IMG/VR virus record: IMGVR_UViG_3300045988_169460
Reading direction: 5' to 3' (one strand)
Source of the DNA: a virus
Length of the DNA: 64,000 nucleotides
How positions within the stretch are numbered: the first letter of the stretch is position 1; each line of letters begins with the position of its first letter. The notes beneath the pieces are model-generated. The model did not search any database. It was not told the origin of the DNA and saw nothing but the letters and a program-made list of their open reading frames with translations. Below are positions 58,998 to 64,000 of this stretch, one piece after another. Both the position numbers and the translations under genes were made by a program.

Positions 58998-59375
58998 CTA
59001 GTCACCGTTCCGTCTGTTCCATGCCGCTATAGCTTCTTTCTGTTTGGAAAAATATTTCATAGTGGAAGCACCACATTCTCGGCACTTTACAAAATAATCA
59101 TCTTGGTTAATTCTAGACTCTGTGATTACTGCTTGTAGTCTTCCTTCGCCGCCGCAGAAGGGACAAGGCTTTATTTTTTGCGTTATCTTTTCACCTTCTG
59201 CTATCATTTTTATCTCCGTTTCAAAAAAATCCTCTAAATTTTTGATAGAATAAGTAATGCCATTAATAGTTCCTTTTAAAATATAGGCATACTCTTTTTC
59301 ATTATTTTCATGTTCAAGACCTTTAAAGTATTTCAATAAACATGCTAATCTGTCTAATATTTGTTCTTTCATCAT
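58998..59375 (-). CDS. protein with a Lar-like (restriction alleviation family) C-terminal zinc-ribbon domain
   Basis: KPCPFCGGEG...VKCRECGAST...KEAIAAWNRR. Confidence 0.5.
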   Translation of the reverse strand: MMKEQILDRLACLLKYFKGLEHENNEKEYAYILKGTINGITYSIKNLEDFFETEIKMIAEGEKITQKIKPCPFCGGEGRLQAVITESRINQDDYFVKCRECGASTMKYFSKQKEAIAAWNRRNGD

Positions 59376-59582
59376 TTACTCCTTTGTATATTTTTGGCAA
59401 TAAATATGACCATTCATAAAAACAAAATTACAACAATTACATTTATAATTATCTTTGTAGGCGCATTTGGCATCATTATAATGCTTACAATTAACCCACG
59501 GACAGTACAATACTCTTTGCCATGAGTATTCATCTCTAACGTGCATTTGTATTATTACATCTGCTAATTTAATTGTTCTCAT
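59376..59582 (-). CDS. small Cys-rich protein
   Basis: ORF track. Confidence 0.4.
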   Translation of the reverse strand: MRTIKLADVIIQMHVRDEYSWQRVLYCPWVNCKHYNDAKCAYKDNYKCNCCNFVFMNGHIYCQKYTKE

Positions 59583-59593
59583 ATATTAATCTC

Positions 59594-59737
59594 CTAACAT
59601 CCTTTTACAAAAATTGCATAAAACACGTCATTTGATTCAGTAAAACTATGCAAGGAATATCCTAAAATTGAGGCTTTATTTATAAATTCCATTAGTTCAT
59701 AAAAATCTTTTTTCTTCGTTCCTCGATACTGTTTCAT
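59594..59737 (-). CDS. small hypothetical protein (47 aa)
   Basis: ATG after GAGGATGA. Below the track cutoff. Confidence 0.3.
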   Translation of the reverse strand: MKQYRGTKKKDFYELMEFINKASILGYSLHSFTESNDVFYAIFVKGC

Positions 59738-59867
59738 AATAATTCATCCTCGTTGTATAATAAAATCGTTGCGGTGTATACTTGGAAGGAACCTGTGTAG
59801 TATTGAACTGTTTGCACTGTTCACAATTAGCTTTTATGCAATAGGGGCAATAGTTAAGATACTTCAT
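59697..59867 (-). CDS. small zinc-ribbon-like protein (56 aa)
   Basis: ATG after GGTGA. CPYC...CEQC. Overlaps its neighbours, so uncertain. Confidence 0.25.
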   Translation of the reverse strand: MKYLNYCPYCIKANCEQCKQFNTTQVPSKYTPQRFYYTTRMNYYETVSRNEEKRFL

Positions 59868-60102
59868 TTAATTCACCTAACTCTTTAAGTGTTAGTGATT
59901 TTTCCCCTAATGCTTCTCTAACTGCATTATAGGTGCATAAAGAATTACGTAAGTCCCAATAAAAACTTGAAATAATTTCTTCCTTAGTTCCAGAGCATAA
60001 ATATTGGTCAGAATCCCCACAAGTTTCACAATACAAATCTTCGTAAGATACTTCATTTTCTGTGATAAAATAGCCTCCTAAATGGCTTTCATATAAATAC
60101 AT
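59854..60102 (-). CDS. hypothetical protein
   Basis: ATG after TAGGAGGG. Confidence 0.45.
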   Translation of the reverse strand: MYLYESHLGGYFITENEVSYEDLYCETCGDSDQYLCSGTKEEIISSFYWDLRNSLCTYNAVREALGEKSLTLKELGELNEVS

Positions 60103-60129
60103 TATAACCCTCCTAGCATAAAAATTATT

Positions 60130-60447
60130 TTACCATGTTTTTAACTCAAAATTTGTTTTACAAGTCCCTTGTTCTAAAAGTTTTTTTACAGTCTCTCCTA
60201 AATCTTCTTCTGTACACGCTTTGAGTGTTTCTAGATTTGACAAAAATATTTTCATTACTGTTCCTAAAGATAAAGCAAAACTATACATTTGAGAAATTGA
60301 AATAGTGTGTGTGTATTTGGAACAAATTAAAGTAATAGTATTAATATATTCTGAGTTATAATTACATGTGGGGCACCCATCATAACTTTCTTCGTCTGAT
60401 TCTATATCAAGTAAATAACCATCTTTTAATTGCAATAAATATTCCAT
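60130..60447 (-). CDS. hypothetical protein
   Basis: ATG after AGGAGGAAG. Confidence 0.45.
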   Translation of the reverse strand: MEYLLQLKDGYLLDIESDEESYDGCPTCNYNSEYINTITLICSKYTHTISISQMYSFALSLGTVMKIFLSNLETLKACTEEDLGETVKKLLEQGTCKTNFELKTW

Positions 60448-60591
60448 AATCTTCCTCCTAAAATAAACTTAAAATAGCTGTTATTGCTAATAGTATAGCA
60501 CCAATAGATGCACAATACATTGTAGTAAAAAGTAGAGCGAAAGCTATAAGCTTAGTAGCTGTTTTTTGAAACAATTTAAAACCTTTTATAA

Positions 60592-60783
60592 TCAATCACC
60601 TCTATTTTTATATTGATTTCTCCACAATTTGCTATGAAATAAAGGTTTATTCGGACCTATATTAACAATAGCTCCAATAATAACCAACGGAAGCATAATT
60701 GGGAAAGCAAAAATAAATAAACATAACCAACCTAAACCTGATACAAAATCATCTGCTGAGTCTCTTTTCTGCGTTTGTTTCAT
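60592..60783 (-). CDS. small membrane protein
   Basis: One long hydrophobic segment. Confidence 0.45.
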   Translation of the reverse strand: MKQTQKRDSADDFVSGLGWLCLFIFAFPIMLPLVIIGAIVNIGPNKPLFHSKLWRNQYKNRGD

Positions 60784-60806
60784 AATACCAAATCCTTTCT
60801 AAATAA

Positions 60807-60850
60807 AAATCACCTTTCTATGCTTTTATTATAACATGAAAAGGTGATTT
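60807..60850 (-). terminator. terminator hairpin whose loop contains the -10 box (leftward)
   Basis: On the minus strand: AAATCACCTTT, loop with TGtTATAAT, AAAGGTGATTT, then TTATTT. Confidence 0.55.
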
Positions 60851-60856
60851 TGTCAA
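60828..60856 (-). promoter_or_regulatory. sigma-A-type promoter (minus strand TTGACA-17-TGtTATAAT)
   Basis: The -35 box overlaps the stop codon of 60853-61122. Confidence 0.6.
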
Positions 60857-61122
60857 GGTGTTATCCAACAAGTTTTTATATCTTTTATATCTAAGTCAAG
60901 TATAGCTTTTTTATTCATTTGATATGGGTGTAAAGGCTTCCTACTTGAAATAAATTTAGGTTTAAAATCAGTATAACTAACTCTTATTTTTGGATAATTT
61001 ATACTAATTACTTCTAAAGGCATATCAGGAGTAATTAAAACTGTGTAAGGAACTCTTACATTAAATAGGACTACTGGGCATTGTGTAGAATCTTTTAAAT
61101 ATACTGTATCTCCTATTTTCAT
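60853..61122 (-). CDS. hypothetical protein
   Basis: ATG after AGGAGGAAA. Confidence 0.45.
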   Translation of the reverse strand: MKIGDTVYLKDSTQCPVVLFNVRVPYTVLITPDMPLEVISINYPKIRVSYTDFKPKFISSRKPLHPYQMNKKAILDLDIKDIKTCWITP

Positions 61123-61134
61123 AGCTATTTCCTC

Positions 61135-61584
61135 CTACATTAGTTTCTTTAATTCTTGCAAAAATGGACAATTAAATAAAGGTTCTACAATACTTAGTTT
61201 TTTTGCGTGTTCGATTGCATCATCAGCATTTCCAAAGGTTTCTATAACCTCTTTATCCTTATTTAATACATGATATTCATAAACAGGATAATATTGACCT
61301 AGATTCTTGTTCCAGAAAATAACCTGACGTGCTATTGAATATGGAGCTAATTCAAAGTCACAATAAACAATTTGAAATTTAAAACATTCAATTATAAATT
61401 GTTCAAGCCATTTTTTAAACATATCCCCTAAAATCATTTCTGGTGGATAACTCTTTTTTGAAAAAATACGTTCTTCTGCTCTACCACATTTAGCACATAT
61501 TACCTTGATTTTATACTCTTCTAATGTTTCTGTATATTGCATTTTTAAATATTTGTAACAATCGTGGTCTAATAATTTACGCAT
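61135..61584 (-). CDS. hypothetical protein
   Basis: ATG overlaps the upstream TAA (TAATG). The track start at 61638 is probably over-extended. Confidence 0.45.
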   Translation of the reverse strand: MRKLLDHDCYKYLKMQYTETLEEYKIKVICAKCGRAEERIFSKKSYPPEMILGDMFKKWLEQFIIECFKFQIVYCDFELAPYSIARQVIFWNKNLGQYYPVYEYHVLNKDKEVIETFGNADDAIEHAKKLSIVEPLFNCPFLQELKKLM

Positions 61585-61844
61585 TAAAAAATGATTGCAA
61601 GAATAGCAATAACGCCTAGAGTGATTAAAAACCTCCATAAATTTACGCCATATTTTGCAATAAATCCTTCTCTAAATTCTTTAATGTTATCAAGAGTATC
61701 TTCAAGGTCTTCTTTTATTTCTTGCAGTTTATCTTTAAATTCTGCTAATTCCTCATCAGTCATTTTTCTAATAACATCTCTAAGCTCTTTATGAGCTTTC
61801 TTTACATTTTGAATTTTTGTATCAAGCAATTCTTTATTAGTCAT
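61584..61844 (-). CDS. coiled-coil protein with a C-terminal TM segment
   Basis: ORF track. Confidence 0.45.
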   Translation of the reverse strand: MTNKELLDTKIQNVKKAHKELRDVIRKMTDEELAEFKDKLQEIKEDLEDTLDNIKEFREGFIAKYGVNLWRFLITLGVIAILAIIF

Positions 61845-62332
61845 TTTTTAAATTCTCCCTTCCAACAAACTTCTCTTGTAATTTCATTAAGTGAAATGGG
61901 TCTATATCCCATTTCTTCTAAAGCCACATTAAAATGTTTGCAAATAGATTCTATTTTAGCCAAATTATGTAAATGTCCGTGAACGTTTATATCGTAATAA
62001 TGAAAAATTTTTGGTTCATGGCTAAAAATAAAATTTATTCCTTGATGTTTTAAAACATACTCTTTGCAAACAATATCAAAGTATTTCTGATATATTTTTT
62101 TAGAAAATATATCATGGTTTCCTAATGTTAATATTTTCTTACCTTTTAATTCTTTAAAGATTCTTAAATCTATTATTGACCAAGCAACATCACCTAAGCA
62201 AATAATAGTATCTTCTTCTGCAACTAAATCATTCCAGTTAGTAATAATTTGCAATTCATAATCATCAGGTCTATTGCATAATTTTTTAATTTCTTTATGA
62301 CCAAAATGAGTATCAGCTATTACCCAAATCAT
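61841..62332 (-). CDS. calcineurin-like metallophosphoesterase
   Basis: IADTHFGH, LGDV, GNHD, HGHLH motifs. Confidence 0.75.
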   Translation of the reverse strand: MIWVIADTHFGHKEIKKLCNRPDDYELQIITNWNDLVAEEDTIICLGDVAWSIIDLRIFKELKGKKILTLGNHDIFSKKIYQKYFDIVCKEYVLKHQGINFIFSHEPKIFHYYDINVHGHLHNLAKIESICKHFNVALEEMGYRPISLNEITREVCWKGEFKK

Positions 62333-62556
62333 TATACTCTCCTTTGGCTTTTTTTGTGATTTAATATTGCTTTATTCCAACAAATTAAACAATTCTGTTT
62401 AGAGCATAAATCTGTGCTATTTTTCATACCAAGTGTTTTAGGGCAAAAGTTTCTTGCTAAATATGAAAAATTTAAAGCAGAAGTATAAGTATAAACGTAT
62501 TTATACTCACTATTACCTTCTCTTCCAACAACTCTTTCGTGAATAATATTTGACAT
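62332..62556 (-). CDS. hypothetical protein
   Basis: ORF track. Confidence 0.4.
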   Translation of the reverse strand: MSNIIHERVVGREGNSEYKYVYTYTSALNFSYLARNFCPKTLGMKNSTDLCSKQNCLICWNKAILNHKKSQRRV

Positions 62557-62567
62557 GATTATTACCT

Positions 62568-63779
62568 CTATTCTCCAGCTTTAAAATTATATACTGGTTT
62601 AACTATTTTTACTATTTCAACTGTTTCTTGAATTTGATTTATAATTTCATCCATAGGTTTATAAACCATAGGAGATTCATCAATCGTTGATTGATTTATG
62701 CTAGATGAATAAATGTTTCTCATGCTGTATTTATATTCATCTAAATTAACAAGCTCTTTAGCCTGCCCTCTGCTCATTAATCTACCTGCTCCATGTGGAG
62801 CTGAGTAATTCCATTCAGGATTACCTTTTCCTATGCAAATTAAGCTACCATCACGCATATTCATAGGAATTATACATAATTGGTTTTTAAGGGCAGAAAT
62901 AGCTCCCTTTCTAACAAAAATTCCTGTAAATACATCAGCTTTGTCTCTATACTCAATGTAATTATGCACAGACTCAAATTGTTTTTGAGGATTATAAGAA
63001 ACAAATAAATGCCCTAGAATTTTAAGTGCAATTTCTTTTCTGTTTAATTTTGCCCAATTAACACAATAGTCCATATCATGTAAATAATCCATTACAGATT
63101 TTCTATCTTTTAAGCTTTCCAAGCCAGTTTTAATAATAGGTGTTTGCGCTTTAAAATCTCTTAATACTCTTTCTCTATCTTTTGGAGGAGTGTTTTTTAT
63201 CAGCTCTGCTATATCATCCTTTCTGTTATGTAAATCATCATAAGCTTGTTTTTGATATATGTCACATACTTGTTTTCCTAAGTTTCTAGAACCGCTATGA
63301 ATAATTAAATATTTATTATCGCTAGCATCAACATCAATCTCAATGAAGTGATTTCCTCCACCTAAAGTACCTAAACTATTCTCAATTCTTTGAGTATTTA
63401 TTAATTTTGAATAACATTTTAAAACACTTAAATCATATTTTGTAGATACTTTGTTATTAACAGACATTCCAGATGGAATATTATTGCGAATAAATTCGTC
63501 TAATTTAATATAGTCTATATCAATTTTACCTAAACGATAAACAAATACTCCGCATCCAATATCTACGCCAATAATATTAGGGATAACTTCCAGTCTAGAT
63601 AAATTAGCAGTAAATCCTACTACACATCCTTTTCCTGCATGATAATCTGGCATGATTCTAATTTTTGAATCTTTAAATGAGTTGTTATTACATAGTTCAA
63701 TAATTTGTGAATAAGCATTTTCATCAAATCTATCAGAGTATATTTTTGCTTCGTTATATTTTCCCTTAGCTAATAGCAT
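62568..63779 (-). CDS. rtcB: RNA ligase RtcB
   Basis: MPDYHAGKG, DIGCG, GGGNHFIE, HSGSRNLG, SAPHGAGR motifs. Confidence 0.9.
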   Translation of the reverse strand: MLLAKGKYNEAKIYSDRFDENAYSQIIELCNNNSFKDSKIRIMPDYHAGKGCVVGFTANLSRLEVIPNIIGVDIGCGVFVYRLGKIDIDYIKLDEFIRNNIPSGMSVNNKVSTKYDLSVLKCYSKLINTQRIENSLGTLGGGNHFIEIDVDASDNKYLIIHSGSRNLGKQVCDIYQKQAYDDLHNRKDDIAELIKNTPPKDRERVLRDFKAQTPIIKTGLESLKDRKSVMDYLHDMDYCVNWAKLNRKEIALKILGHLFVSYNPQKQFESVHNYIEYRDKADVFTGIFVRKGAISALKNQLCIIPMNMRDGSLICIGKGNPEWNYSAPHGAGRLMSRGQAKELVNLDEYKYSMRNIYSSSINQSTIDESPMVYKPMDEIINQIQETVEIVKIVKPVYNFKAGE

Positions 63780-63813
63780 TTTTTATTCCCTCGTTTCTTT
63801 TTAGTATGTGTAT

Positions 63814-63842
63814 ATTATACCACATTTTTTTCTTTATGTCAA
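63814..63842 (-). promoter_or_regulatory. sigma-A-type promoter (minus strand TTGACA-17-TGgTATAAT) for the rtcB operon
   Basis: Consensus boxes. Confidence 0.65.
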
Positions 63843-63883
63843 TACTTTTTTAAAAGTTTTAAAAAGAAAGAAGCAAAGAAAAA

Positions 63884-63910
63884 ATATTATATAACTTCGT
63901 TATATAATAT
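63884..63910. repeat. perfect 12-bp inverted repeat ATATTATATAAC-ttc-GTTATATAATAT
   Basis: Read directly from the sequence. Confidence 0.8.
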
Positions 63911-63919
63911 CTCATTATT

Positions 63920-64000
63920 AATATAATAATATAATAATATAATAATATAATAATATAATAATATAATAATATAATAATATAATAATATAATAATATAATA
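63920..64000. repeat. tandem 8-bp repeat (AATATAAT)n, at least 10 copies, running off the window end
   Basis: Period 8 verified by eye. Truncated by the window edge. Confidence 0.85.

Noticed and set aside
63920-64000. A CRISPR array or a pentanucleotide (ATAAT)n repeat at the window end.
   Set aside because: The period is 8 bp with no spacers, so it is a simple tandem repeat. No CRISPR-like repeat-spacer structure occurs anywhere in the window.

Overview
The window is an AT-rich, densely packed dsDNA phage-type sequence. Its expression signals look Firmicutes-like: TTGACA-17-TGnTATAAT promoters, GGAGG ribosome-binding sites, a Cheo-type LexA box, and SpoVS, XhlA and YopX homologues. Positions 1 to about 51.7 kb are transcribed rightward. 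Positions 52.3-52.6 kb and 56.4-63.8 kb are transcribed leftward, with a small rightward island at 52.8-56.2 kb.

Recognisable content, left to right:
- a DGR-type reverse transcriptase interrupted by an in-frame TAG
- a beta-class DNA methyltransferase
- a 931-aa tail fibre followed by a lysis module (XhlA-like protein, holin-like protein, M15 peptidase)
- a replication and recombination module: SF2 helicase, DnaC-like loader, DnaB-like helicase split by an intron carrying a LAGLIDADG endonuclease, primase, gp32-like SSB, HU-like protein, family-A DNA polymerase split by two small group-I-like introns, RecA, PD-(D/E)xK nucleases and a Cas4-like nuclease
- a SpoVS homologue
- a split 7-deazaguanine DNA-modification gene set: QueD, QueE, QueC and a DpdA-like fusion protein
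- two amidoligase paralogues and two Ntn/class-II glutamine-amidotransferase paralogues
- a leftward arm with RtcB, a metallophosphoesterase, a Lar-like protein and YopX

The most unusual observations:
1. Eighteen small proteins with otherwise unrelated bodies end in an aromatic-rich tail finishing ...[E/G/Q]-W-E-COOH. The tail is encoded by a recurrent GAATGGGAR-stop junction.
2. About 22 near-identical promoters are present. Several are built into the loop of the preceding terminator hairpin.
3. G9-G10 homopolymer tracts sit where they would act as ON/OFF switches in the methyltransferase and tail-fibre genes.
4. Three in-frame stop codons lie in the first 2.4 kb.
5. The amidoligase and amidotransferase genes lie close to the deazaguanine genes.

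I saw no tRNA, rRNA or CRISPR array. All coordinates were derived by eye, so small regulatory features may be off by 1-2 nt.
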